NCBI GenBank assembly: GCA_963808625.1
Contig: CAWEHK010000054.1
Span: 1 to 64,000 of the forward strand
Direction of reading: 5' to 3'
Length of the DNA stretch: 64,000 nt
Source: an uncultured delta proteobacterium
Lineage (GTDB): Bacteria; Desulfobacterota; Syntrophobacteria; Syntrophobacterales; Syntrophobacteraceae
Position numbers and translations under genes: made by a program. The stretch's first letter is position 1. Each line of letters starts with the position of its first letter. Under the pieces are notes generated by a model. The model ran no database searches and had not been told where the DNA came from. It was given only the letters and a program-made list of their open reading frames with translations. This document shows positions 41,905 through 53,304 of this stretch, in pieces.

Positions 41905-43481
41905 TCAACGGGAGCCGAGTGAAGCCTGCCACAAACGGTGTGTTCCAGAATGATCAAATGAGAAACGATGTGGCAAGCGGAACCGTTTTGACATTACATC
42001 AAATTTGACCTCATGAACGAGAAACACCCCCGGATGGAGCGAAGCAACCAAGGAATCCACTTCCTGATAGAGGCTTTTACGTTTGTCGGAGTCTTTAGCC
42101 TGAGCGATTCCATGCAGCACTGCAGCGATCTGCGGGTGATCGAACAAACCCACTCCTGTTTTTTGCCCATCGACGCCAGCCCATACCTGCACCACGATTT
42201 CAGGAGCTTTTGAAGAAGCCCACAATTGTGTGAGCACGGCCTGGAATTCCTTATTATGATCATATCTATGCAAAAGCTCATTTTGCGCCAATGAGTTCAG
42301 ATACGTTTTTATACCGACATCATTCAGGAAAAGCTGTAAGCATTCCGCGACCAGTTTGTCGATCAGGTGTCCCTCAGTGATTAGGATGCTGAATTCAAAG
42401 CGTTTCCCTTGCCGATGGAGGAACTGATCCTGCGAGTCGTACATCCAGCCTGCCTGCTTGAGCAGTTCCAGTGCTCTGCCTGGATTGTAGGGAACAGGCT
42501 TCAATTCCGGTTTGTGGTAAGGGGAGTTCACTCCGAAAGGTCCAGTTGCCGCCATCCCCGCACCATGGAAGATGCTGTCAATGAGGGCCTGTTTATCCAC
42601 CGCATAGGCCAGCGCCAGACGCACATCCGGTTCGGTAAAGAGGGGATCGGTGGTGTTGAACAGGAGAATCGAATAGTACTCCGAGACTACCTCGTTGAAA
42701 CAAAATCTGTCATGGTATTGCTTTAACATATGGTAGTCTTTGGGCGAGAGTCGTACACCGATATCTGTTTTTCCCGAAAGGAGTCTGGCCCAGGATTTTT
42801 CTCCATCCGGCTCGTAACACAAAAACAACCTCATCCAGGGACGGCCTGCCGCCATAGTAGCTTTCGTAGGCTGCGAGGCCAACTTCTTTCTCTCCTCTTC
42901 GATATTTGAAACGAAACGGCCCGGACCCAATCGGATGATCAGAGAAGTCGGGAAGGATCCCTTCCGGGATGGGGAATAATTTCCATATCCCATATCTTCA
43001 TAGGGAAATCCGGATCGTTTCTCTTCAGCCTGATAAGCAGAGAGGTATCCGTGAGGAGAGTAATCCGATCGATCAAGCCAAATACTGAGGGCCGCCAGAT
43101 TTCAAGGCTGTACCCCAGCGAATAATCGACATCCCTGGTTGTAAGGCGACGGCCGTCATGGAACAGAGCGTTGTCTCTAAGATATATGGTCCAGGTGAAG
43201 CTGGCGGCATCATAGTCCCATCGAATCGCCAGATCCGGTTCAAGTTGCCCGTCTTCATCAGGGACAAAGAGATAACTGTAAAGCAGCGGGAAGACGCTCG
43301 AAGAACCGGATTCGGAGCCTTTCACGGGGTCTAATGAGCCGAAAGGAGCAGGAATATCGATCCTGAGAACATTCTCGTTTTGACTCCCGGTCTCGATGGA
43401 AGAGTGCTCGGCTTTGGTGCAGGACAACATGAGGAGGACTATTGGAACCGCCAGTAACAACGCCCATAGACTCCTCAGCAT
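41905..43481 (-). CDS. Family-5 (peptide/nickel) ABC substrate-binding lipoprotein (frameshift near 42960)
   Basis: Lipobox MLSC; SLDP, PDLA..W, FHDG..LT..DV, VRLALAYAVD, YNPGRA..LL..AGW. Confidence 0.85.
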
Positions 43482-43597
43482 GGTGTGATAACCTTTGCCT
43501 CAAGCCTCGCTGAAATCGGGCTGCGCCAATTTCTCGGCACCCCCTGGCCCATCAGCTGAAATGTCAAATGTGTTCCACACAACCACGCCCTTCTCGC

Positions 43598-46115
43598 TCA
43601 AAACGTGCCACTGTATTTCAGGAAGGCCCAGTAATACGGGTGCGCGCCAGGACTCAGGAGCGAGGCCTCCTGTTTCGACATTCTCCCCCTGGTGCCGGAG
43701 CTGTCAGCCTCGACGAATCCTTCCTTAAGCACCTTCCGCTGCGCTTCATGGAGGGCTTTAACCGGCTGCAGACCGTCTCTTCGCCTTCGATGGAATTCCT
43801 TCATGACTTCCCAAGCACCCTGGTCATTGATCGGATAAAAACTGCTGACCACTCCCCTGGCTCCCATCTGGAGGAACACGCCGTCGAGGGCCAGATATTC
43901 TTCGTACCGCAAATTCCACTCGTCACTTCTGCCCGTCTCGCAGGCGGCGAGGACCGCCAGGGGCAATCCGGCGAGATTCAACGCTCCTTATCATATCCGC
44001 ATGAGACACGTCACCATCGGCGAGGTGGAGTGAAATACCCTCCGCAGTCCTTCTTCCATGACAGATGAGTTCCATGAGGGAAAGCTCTCCTCGCATAGCT
44101 TTTGAAGCATCGACCAGGCCTCGAACGTGGCCTTGCCGCCCTGGAGCGGGACCACCTGCCCGGCGCCGTATGTATCGAACAGATATTGAAATTCCTGTTC
44201 TCCGTAAGGAAGAGGCCGGTCGGCTGGCGCATAAAAGAGCGCCATAGGCCTTCTTCCCATCGCACGCTTCGGAGCAAAACAGGCGATAGCTGAGCGTGAG
44301 GGAGGGAGTATAGCACACCTCGAAATCCTCGATGAAAAACCTCTTCGTGTCAGGGAGGAAGGCGGCATGGAGGGGAAGGCATGGAGAAAAGCATGAGGGG
44401 AAAGGTAGATTCGCCGGGTCCCGATCTGGCTCAGAAACGCCGCCACCGGCTGCATCAATTGTCCCGTCACCTCCAGCAGGGTATCGAGACTGGGAAGGAT
44501 CGATGCCCCTCCCGTCCGAAAGGAGTCGACGAAGCCGCCAAGAGCCTCCTCCAGCAGAATCGGCTTGAGATCTTTGAGGATGTGCTCATAGGCGATTCCC
44601 GAGTCGGTGGGATAGGCGAGCAGGAAGTGAAGATCGGCAGACTCCCGGCGAAAGAAGCACTCCACCGCGGCGCTGCCCGTTTGCGACAAGAGCTCGAAAA
44701 GCTCCGCTTCCGTCAAGGGCTCGGGGTGGATGAGATTGATGTAATCCGGATCGAGAACGGTTAACTCTTCGAGAAGCACCTTCTGTCGGTTCAGATGTTC
44801 CTTAAGCGACGCGTACAGCTCCTGTTGCCGGGGATTGCCGCTGGAACGGCCCGGCGTCGCGCTAACTTCTTTTTCCGTGGCTAATGCGGCTCGCAACCCC
44901 CGGAGATCATGGCAGAGCTCCCAATACTTCCGGACAGGCTCGGCGGCCTGATCATTTCGTGGGCTCACCTGCTCCAGATTGACATCCTCCAGGAGGCTCC
45001 GGGAGCGCATCTGTTCGAGCCAGTACAGGGCCTCGGCATAGCGGCGCTCTTCCAGCATGAAATGGACCCCGACATCGAAGAGACTGACCGAGCGCCGGAG
45101 ATAGTCCCTGCGGGCCTTGGGGTCCGCAATTTCGCTATGGATGGCAGAAACGAGCTTCAGTGCTTCAGCCATTGCCTCGAGTGATTCGTCCAGCAACTCC
45201 CTGTTGTTTTCCAGCCGAGCCTGGTGCAGGAGTGAGAACCCGAGACCATACCGGGCAAAGCAGTAGAGTTGCGGACGGGTGCCCGCATCCACAACGGAGA
45301 GGGCGGCCCGGTAATAGCGCGCCGCTTGAAGGAACTCGATGGCCTTTTCGATATTCTCCGCCGGGTTCCCTTCGATACGCCGCCGGTAGGCATTCGCCAG
45401 GGCATAGCGGGTACATTGCCCAATCCCCTGGCACGAGCTCTTTGGTCCAGACCGAAAGCGCTTCTCCAAAACAATCAATGGCCTTTTCCAGGTTGTCTGA
45501 AGGATTTTCCCTGATCCGTTTTGCGTATGCGTTTCCGAGTGCATAGAGGGTCGCCGCCCAGTCCAGGGGAGCGGCCTCCCTGGTCCTGACCGTAAGCGTC
45601 TGATTCAGGCAATTGATGGCTTCTTCCTGGTTCTCCGCCGGGTCTCCCTTGATACGAACGGTCAGGGCGCCGCCTAGGGCGGTCATGGCCAATGCCCAAT
45701 AGCCCGGAGCGCCGGCCCTTGTCCATACGGTGAGGGCCTGCCGGTAATAGTGGATGCCCTTCTCCCCATTTTCGGCAGAGTTTACGTTGATGCGCACCAT
45801 ATAAGCGTTCCCCAGTGCGTACATGGTCAGCGCCCGCTCGTGCCCATGGGTATCGGGCCACAGAGACAGCGCTTCCTCCAGATACCTGGTGGCGTACTCG
45901 GCATTCAAAGCTGGACTGCCGAGGGAGACCTTGAGAAGTTCCATGCCAAGGTTTGTATGAAGGAGCGCTCTCTTTTCCGGTGATGACTGATCGTCGGCAA
46001 GAGTTTCGAGCCGGGATACCAATTGCGTCAACTGATGCTTTGTTTCGACGTTATCGGCTGCTGCCATGAGAGCCTTCAAGTGGGCTGATGTCTGCTCATG
46101 AAATCGTCTGTCCAC
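43598..46115 (-). CDS. TPR + CHAT (caspase-like) domain protein, several frameshifts
   Basis: TPR-like WAxTxxALG repeats; EQMRSRSLLE, SPHAFLH, CHG, AACETG, HPYYWAF. Confidence 0.8.
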
Positions 46116-46270
46116 AGGGCTTTTGTTCCTTCAGAGCTCGACCCGAGCGGAGGGATTTGTGGCTGTTAGATGAGCGCTCTTTAGGGTTCCCTCCGAGATA
46201 CCCATTCTTCAGGAGCGTTTACGAAAGCGGGAGCAGAACAGTTGCCAGGCCAAAGGTATTGTGTCTTCGG

Positions 46271-46625
46271 TTAGAGAAAGACTTTGTAACCAATATTTAA
46301 GGCCTTACTCAGTTTCTTCGCCGTCTCCTTTCCAATCGGTCGTTTTCCGTGCTCCATTTCAGAGATATGCCGCTGGGGGATGCCGGTCATTTGCGCAAGC
46401 TGCTGCTGTGTCAAACCCTCTTTACCCCTGGCGCCAGCCAGCATGGCGCCCGGAGTCAGCTCCTCTTCCTCGAAGCACTCACGCCATGGAAGAGAGTCTG
46501 AGATTTCTGTGAACCCCAAAGGCCTAAGGACTTCAATCGCCTCATTCTGTTTCTTCATCGGTCCAAGGAACCGCAGTTGCACCCGCTGCTCCTCAATAAG
46601 GCGCTTTTTCGTGAGAACCCCGCAT
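46271..46625 (-). CDS. HigA-like XRE HTH antitoxin (extra G in the GGGG run near the start)
   Basis: GLTQQQLAQMTGIPQRHISEMEHGKRPIG. Confidence 0.82.
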
Positions 46626-46700
46626 AGGTCACCTCAACCAATCGGATTTCTGGTTGTCGATCACTCTCCGAAATTCCAGCAACTAGGTATGTTCCGACCT
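46593..46700 (-). pseudogene. C-terminal remnant of the cognate RelE-like toxin
   Basis: ...IRLVEVTYAG.HEKAPY* read across an indel; N-terminus absent. Confidence 0.55.
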
Positions 46701-46769
46701 TGAGTCTTGATGTGGGCAGATTATCCGTTGCTATGAGCCTAAGTCAAGGTCGGTCATCGCCTCAGAGAG

Positions 46770-48947
46770 TCAAAACTGATAATTCACCCCGCCCTCGACC
46801 CACCGTCCGGGCTGGGGATAGGTGTAGCGGAGGAGATAACCGGTGTTGGTCAGGTTGTGGACGGTGAAAAAGATGCCCGGCTTTCCGGCGCAGGCGGGGA
46901 CAAAGGGCAGGCTTGACCTTGAGCATGTAATCGAAGACGAAGACCTGGTCCCGGGTTTCGGGAACGCTCGAGTTGTTGTAGACATACCGGCCAATGAGGG
47001 AGTGGGTCATCCACTTGTAGGTGTAGGATGCCGATGCATCGTAGAGAATGCGCGGCACATCCTGGATGATTTCATCGGTCTCGTCGTTGCGGACATCGAT
47101 GAAGCTCCCGCCGAAGGACAACCCCAACCCCCAGGGCAGGGTCGCCGCGATTCTCCCCTCGACGCCCTGCCGGGTAGCCTCATCGAGGTTTTCATACCTG
47201 CGGAATTGCCCATTCTCGAAAAACGTGGGCACGAGGAGGTTGTTGACATCGGCCCGGAACAGGGTGAGTCCCAATTTCAGAAACTGGAACATTCTGAAGT
47301 CGCCGCCAACCTGGTAGTTGACTGCCGTTTCCGCCTCGAGGTCCTTGTTGCCGTGAAGCGGATCATTCACCCAGAGCGCCGGGGGCGCCGAAAAGCCGCG
47401 GGCGATCTGCGCCCGCAGCAGGGCGTCGTTATCGAGAAGGTGGTAGACGATGCCGCCCGAGGGGCTGACTTCCGAACCGAAATCGAGGTTGTTGTCGTAG
47501 CGGAGACCGGCATTGAAGGCGAATTTTCCCAATTCATAGGTGTCGTTGGCATAGAGCGCCCAGTTTCCCGAATCGTACCTGGTCAGGAGGGGACTGACCC
47601 AGGGAGCTCCAGTCGTAGTAGCCCCAATCGCCGTCAAACCCGACCAGAAAGCGATTGGCTTGCCGGTCGTAGCTCATCCGGGCCGAAGCCCCCAGGGTCT
47701 GCTGGAGGTAGTCGAAGTAGCTCAACTTCGAATCGGGGAAGATGAAGTCGTAGGTCGAGGTGTAATTCCTGATGACGGCCTTCAACGGTAAGATTGAGGC
47801 CATCCGCCAGCAAGGTCTCGAACTGCAGGCGCTGATAGCTGCGCTGCTGGGAGGTGTCGGCAAAGAAGCCTCGGGGCGGCCAAACCGGGATGGGCGTCTC
47901 GGTGTGACCGCGATCGAAGCTGTAGATGAAGTTGAGGCGGCTCGCCTCCCCGGTGAGGAAGTTCAGCTTGGTGTAGACCGCATCCTGCCGATAGTCATTG
48001 TTGGGCATGATGCCGTCACTGTTTTCATGGGTCGCCGAAACAAGGTAGCTGAAGCGCTCGACGAACCCGCTGACCGTGGCCCTCCCCCGCGCCGTGTTGA
48101 AATCGCCATAGGAGGCCGTGGCATCGACGGAGACGGGCTTGCTCAGGTCGGGCTCGCGGGTGATGATGTTGATCACCCCGCCCAGACCCGACCCCCAGGC
48201 CGACGAAGCCGCTCCCTGGTAGACTTCGATGCGCTCGATATTGGCAACGGGAAGAAAGGAGAGGTCCGTCAGCGGGTTGGCGAGCTGATTGAGCGGCACA
48301 CCGTCCTGGAATACCGCCACATGCCGCACCTCCGAACCCTGAATCGAGGCCACTGACAAGCTGCCGGGGCTGCCGCCGTTGAATTCGACGTAAACCCCCG
48401 GCACGTACTGGAGCACTTCGCCGACGTTGTTGACCGGGATCTTTTCGATTTCCTCCCGGGTGATGACGGAGACGTTCGCCGCCACATCCGATTTGGGCGT
48501 GGCCTGGCGCGTGTAGGAAAAGACCAGCTCCTCCCGCTGGCCGGCGCCCGGTCCCGAACCCTGGGTTGGGGTCCCCGCCGACGAGGCGTCGGCAGATGAG
48601 TCTCCGCTCAATTCCTCAGCAAATCCCAGGTTTGCTCCGAAGGACATAAAGCACAGGAGACATAAAAAAAAGATCAGGCCGCTGCACCCTGGCGCGAGCC
48701 CACACAAATAACTGTCCGGATTCGTTTCGTCATACCGGCGAAAGCCGGTATCCAGGTAGCGTTCTGGATTCCCGTTGTCACCGGAATGACGCGTCAGGTC
48801 TATGGTCACTTTGTTCTGTGGCGTTGTACTTTGTGCTGTGCTTGCTGGAGCATTCTCTTTCGGAGAACGCCAACAGAAGGCGATGCCGGGCATCGGGACG
48901 GGCGGCATCGCAGCAGCAGGAGCTTCAGGTCTCTTTCGCATCATCAA
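46770..48947 (-). CDS. TonB-dependent receptor (two frameshifts; start uncertain)
   Basis: Plug NVSVITREEI, VPGV, IERIEVYQG, GGVINIITR; barrel AGLRYD, NKDLEAE; C-terminal NYQF. Confidence 0.9.
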
Positions 48948-50292
48948 TGCCGTATCCCTTCATTTTTTCGATCAAGGTCTTGCGGTTTATGCCTAGCAGA
49001 TCCGCGGCCCGGGACCGGATGCCCTGCGTCCGTTTCAGGGCCAGCGTGACGAAACACCGCTCGGCGTCTTTCAGGTTCAGGTCCGGTATGGCGCCAAACT
49101 CCTCCTGGTCTTCTTTGAACGGCAGGTGGCTGGTGGTGATGATGGTGGAATTGCGGCAGGTGATCACCGCCCTTTCGATGACATTCATCAGCTCGCGGAC
49201 GTTTCCCGGCCAGTCGTAATTCTGGAGGGCCAGCATGGCGCCGCCGGAAATCTCGGTAATCGGACGACGGTAGGTCTGAGTCAATTTCTTGAGGTAAAAC
49301 TCGGCAAGGTCCGGAATGTCGTCCCGTCGGCTGCGAAGCGGTGGAATGTCAATGACGTAGAGGTTGAGACGGTACAGAAGGTCTTTCCGAAAGCGCCCGG
49401 CGGCCACCCGCTCTTCGAGGTCCCGGTTGGTGGCGGCAAGGACGCGAAAATCCGAACTTATCCTGGAAGTTCCCCCGACCCGCATGAAGCTCTTGGTCTC
49501 GATCACCCGGAGGAGCTTCGCTTGAAAGGCGGCTGAGGCCTCGCCGATCTCATCGAGGAGGATCGAACCCTCGTTGGCCAGTTCGAGGAAGCCTTTCCGG
49601 AGACCGACGGCCCCCGTAAAAGCACCCCGCTCATGCCCGAAGAGCTCGCTTTCGAGCACCCCTGGCGCGAACTTGGCGCAGTTGATCTCGAAGAAAGGTT
49701 TGTCCCGCCGCTCACTGCGGTTGTGGATATCCTGAGCCACCAGTTCCTTGCCGGTTCCGGTCTCGCCACTGATCAGGACCGGCACGGGAAGCTCCGCCAC
49801 CTCCTCGATCTGCTCCCGTACTCGCTGCATGGCCGCAGAGCGCCCGATGATCGCGACCGGCCCCTTCGCTTGAAGCGACCGCTCCCGGCTGAGATGATCG
49901 AGCTGTTTCAGCAGCTTGCGCTTCTCGAGCGCCTCGCGAAGGGTCGTCCAGAAGAGGTCCAGTTTATCGGTGAGCGGCTTCTCGAAGTAGTGAAAGGCCC
50001 CCTGCTTCACGGCCCGAATGGCCTCTTCCGTGGAACCGAACGCGGTGATCATGATCACCGGGATGTCCGGGCGGCTGTCCTGGACCCTGGTGAAAAGCTC
50101 CGTTCCCGTCATCCCCGGCATCTGCACGTCCGAGATGATCACGTCGACGGAGGTCTCTTCCAGGACTTCGAGGGCATGGGAAGCAGAGGCCGCAGGAATG
50201 ACCTCCAGCTCATGAGCCGCAAACTCCGGAGCGAACAGCTCCAGAAAAGCCGCATCATCATCTACCAGCAACACCTTGGGCCGGGTTGTCAT
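48925..50292 (-). CDS. Sigma-54-dependent (NtrC-type) response regulator
   Basis: Receiver (DDD, SDVQMP); GETGTGKE, ESELFGHERGAFTGA, WPGNVREL; Fis-type HTH. Confidence 0.95.
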   Translation of the reverse strand: MTTRPKVLLVDDDAAFLELFAPEFAAHELEVIPAASASHALEVLEETSVDVIISDVQMPGMTGTELFTRVQDSRPDIPVIMITAFGSTEEAIRAVKQGAFHYFEKPLTDKLDLFWTTLREALEKRKLLKQLDHLSRERSLQAKGPVAIIGRSAAMQRVREQIEEVAELPVPVLISGETGTGKELVAQDIHNRSERRDKPFFEINCAKFAPGVLESELFGHERGAFTGAVGLRKGFLELANEGSILLDEIGEASAAFQAKLLRVIETKSFMRVGGTSRISSDFRVLAATNRDLEERVAAGRFRKDLLYRLNLYVIDIPPLRSRRDDIPDLAEFYLKKLTQTYRRPITEISGGAMLALQNYDWPGNVRELMNVIERAVITCRNSTIITTSHLPFKEDQEEFGAIPDLNLKDAERCFVTLALKRTQGIRSRAADLLGINRKTLIEKMKGYGIDDAKET

Positions 50293-50345
50293 GTAACTTT
50301 TCCCCTATATTACAACACAGTAGAAGAAACTGTCCCTATCCCCCG

Positions 50346-50600
50346 CCGTCATTCCCGCATGCTCCTGGCGGGAATCCAGCAACAAGGCCAGGATGCCCAC
50401 CTTCACGGGCATAACGACCGGAATTGAGACAGTCCTGTGTGCGGACCTTCGCTCGTGCGCTCGTTCCCAAGCTCCAGCTTGGGAACGCAGGCCGGAAGCT
50501 CCGGCTTCCGCTGCCTCTTGGGTATCAGATGGCGTCCGCACATCCGGCGAAGCTGGAGCTTCCAAACCGGTGGGTTCCCAAGCCAGAGCTTGGGAACCAG
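50346..50600. repeat. Cluster of REP-like palindromes (GTCATTCCCGC..GCGGGAATCC; GTTCCCAAGC...GCTTGGGAAC doublet)
   Basis: Relatives of the first type at 40806-40875, 48729-48791 and 54011-54043. Confidence 0.7.
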
Positions 50601-50924
50601 CTTCAAACCTGCCGTCCGAAAATATTCGCTCGCTTCTCTCCGGAAGCAACGCTTCCTCCGAAAAATCGAAGATTTCACCATTTAAGAAGTGCTAAACGGC
50701 AGTTCAGGGGTGTTTTCTTCTAGCAGAGACATCCGGAAGTGTAAATTTGAAAAATACCTGTTCCTGGAACTTTTCTAACTGAGTAAATTCGTAACAGATA
50801 ATTCTCCCCAAATCGCCATGTGCGAGGTGATTTGTTGCAGCCGGATGAACAAGGGCTGGCAACGCCGCAATTGCTTACTCAATCGATTCAAAGGCTTATC
50901 ATGGAAATTACAGCCAACGCGAAC

Positions 50925-50941
50925 CTGGCATGATTCTTGGT
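50925..50941 (+). promoter_or_regulatory. Candidate sigma-54 promoter
   Basis: CTGGCATGATTCTTGG: correct spacing but -12 is TTGG, not TTGC; shares upstream boxes with the 31168 promoter. Confidence 0.5.
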
Positions 50942-51149
50942 TATAGGAGACTTCAGTCATCCTACAACGCGGAGGTCTTCCTCCCTAATCGTTGCTGCGT
51001 TCCCGAGAGCGCATCAACCGGGGCCCGGCTTGATGCCGGGCCTCACCCATCCTTTTAGGCATTGGAAATGAGCAGGAATTCAGCCAGGAGGTTTGAGCTC
51101 GAGGCAATCACCATCAATCACTCAACCAATCATGAAGAAGGAGTACGTT

Positions 51150-52880
51150 ATGAAAAAGGTGAACATGAAAACCACAATTCGAATGAGGAGGAGAGGAATG
51201 AAGAGGACAGGATTGCGTTGCGGGCTGTTCGTTGCATTTCTTTCACTTTTGCTGTTTGCCGGGGCCTTTCCAGTTGCTGCTACGGTCATCTTCAGTGATG
51301 ACTTCGAGACGGGACAGGGAGATTGGAACATTGAGAATGGTATCTGGGAAATCGGGACTCCCACTTCCGGGCCGAATGGGTGTCACGGCGGCGCAAACTG
51401 CGCAGGTACGGTTCTGAGTGGAAATTATCCAGATTGCACTGATAGTCGCCTCATCAGTCCGCCGATTACCCTCCCTGCCGTGACCGGCCATGAGGAGATT
51501 CAACTCCGGTTCTGGCACTGGTTCTACTACCAGCCGGGTGGGGCTGATTGGGGCGTCGTTCAGATCTCTGCGTATAATCCTGACACTCTCAAGTGGTCAG
51601 GATGGGCGGATATCAGCGGCGCTATTTGGGAGATCGGTGCTGTCTGGTCATTGAGAAATGTTGATCTGACCGCTTATGCCGGGAAAAGGGTGAAAATCGC
51701 ATTTGCCCATGTCGCCGACTGCGGTTCTACCTATCCAGGCTGGTACATCGATGACGTCCAAGTGGATAAGTATGTCCCTGTCTTCAGTGGTGACTTCGAG
51801 GGCGGCTGGGGAGACTGGTCTGCTGACAACGGCGTCTGGGAAATCGGGACTCCTACCGTTGGGCCGAAGGCGTGTTATGGGGGATCGAACTGTGCCGGCA
51901 CAGTTCTAAATGGGAGTTATCCGGACTGCACCGATAGTCGCCTCATCATGCCTACAATGACACTCCCCACTGTCACCGGCGACAAAGAGGTTATCCTGAG
52001 GTTTTGGCACTGGTTCTATTATCAACCCGGGGGCGCCGATTACGGGGTCGTTCAGATCTCTGTCAACAATGGGAGTGGGGTGTGGTCGAAATGGGCAAAT
52101 CTAAGCAATCCTATCGTGGAGATTAGTAGTAAATGGTCACGAAAGGATGTTGATCTGACCGCTTATGCCGGGAAAACGGTGAGGATCGCATTTGTCCATG
52201 TCCCCGATTGTGGATCCACGTATGCTGGCTGGTACATCGATGACGTCTACATCGCGCCTCCACCGTGTCCGCTCCCAATCATTACATCTTTTGCTGCAAA
52301 GCCAACCTTAGGACCGTCTCCGTTACACGTTAAGTTTACCTGCAAGGCAACAGATTCAGATGGAACCATCGAGAAATACCAATGGGATTTTGGTGATGGT
52401 AACCAGAGCGAGACGGACAATGGAACAATTCAACACACCTACCCAAAGGATGGTGTCTACAAGCCAAAGGTGACGGTGGTTGACAATTGTGGCGGCAGTA
52501 CCTCGAAGTCCACTAAGATCATGGTGGGAATTAATCCAGAATTGACTGGAAAGGCTGAAGAATACCAGTTTTCTGACTTAACCAAGACCATCAACATAAA
52601 ATTCAGGGTTACCAACTCTGGCAACCTTGCTGCAGGTCCTTTCAAAGTGAGCTTCCATCTTTCGACCAATGGTACTACGCCGCTTGCTGCGTTCAAGGAG
52701 CTTCAAGTTGATGCTCTCGGAGTCAAGCAGAGCACGCTCCTGGATGTTGACCAGACCTTCACAAGTTCAATTTATGGCAAGTATATTCTTATCTACATCG
52801 ACCCCAAGCATGAGCTTCCGGAGCTGGATGACACAACCAATGGGACACGAATAGTCATCCAGAACATGACCACCAAATAG
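51150..52880 (+). CDS. Secreted surface protein: two tandem beta-sandwich (MAM/cleaved-adhesin-like) domains + PKD + CARDB-like C-terminus
   Basis: Signal peptide; duplicated FS.DFE.G.GDW...WEIGTPT...DSRLI...GWYIDDV; PKD WDFGDG. Confidence 0.8.
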   Translation: MKKVNMKTTIRMRRRGMKRTGLRCGLFVAFLSLLLFAGAFPVAATVIFSDDFETGQGDWNIENGIWEIGTPTSGPNGCHGGANCAGTVLSGNYPDCTDSRLISPPITLPAVTGHEEIQLRFWHWFYYQPGGADWGVVQISAYNPDTLKWSGWADISGAIWEIGAVWSLRNVDLTAYAGKRVKIAFAHVADCGSTYPGWYIDDVQVDKYVPVFSGDFEGGWGDWSADNGVWEIGTPTVGPKACYGGSNCAGTVLNGSYPDCTDSRLIMPTMTLPTVTGDKEVILRFWHWFYYQPGGADYGVVQISVNNGSGVWSKWANLSNPIVEISSKWSRKDVDLTAYAGKTVRIAFVHVPDCGSTYAGWYIDDVYIAPPPCPLPIITSFAAKPTLGPSPLHVKFTCKATDSDGTIEKYQWDFGDGNQSETDNGTIQHTYPKDGVYKPKVTVVDNCGGSTSKSTKIMVGINPELTGKAEEYQFSDLTKTINIKFRVTNSGNLAAGPFKVSFHLSTNGTTPLAAFKELQVDALGVKQSTLLDVDQTFTSSIYGKYILIYIDPKHELPELDDTTNGTRIVIQNMTTK

Positions 52881-53304
52881 CAAAATGGAGGGTCTTGGGA
52901 GCAGAGTCGGCAAGCCCACAAGCCTCCCAAGACCCTCCGGAAATTCCAGTACGCGGTTAATATTGCTACCCAATTTGAGTGATTTTGAGGCTCCGGTCAC
53001 CGATTCGGGCGGGCATAAACCCCGCCCCTACGAGAGGCTGGCTAACCCACTCAGTACGCGATGCATCAATCGTCCAACGCTGCCGACAGGCACGCTCTCC
53101 TGGACAGATAACCGTCTTTATCAGGAAAAGGTTTTGCTGAGCTACCGAGCGGTTTTCTGCGGCAGCGAGGTGCTTGATCTCCATATCGAGCTCCTTTTGA
53201 ATACCTGTCCCGCCCTCAGATCAAGAAAATAGTACTTGAAGTAGACAGCCATGCACCCTTAAAATAAGATGAAGATGCCATAAAATCCTGGCAGGAGAGA
53301 AGCC

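Noticed and set aside
50960..51050. Riboswitch in the leader of the PKD surface protein
   Set aside because: A GC hairpin (GGCCCGGC-TTGAT-GCCGGGCC) is present, but I recognise no riboswitch consensus
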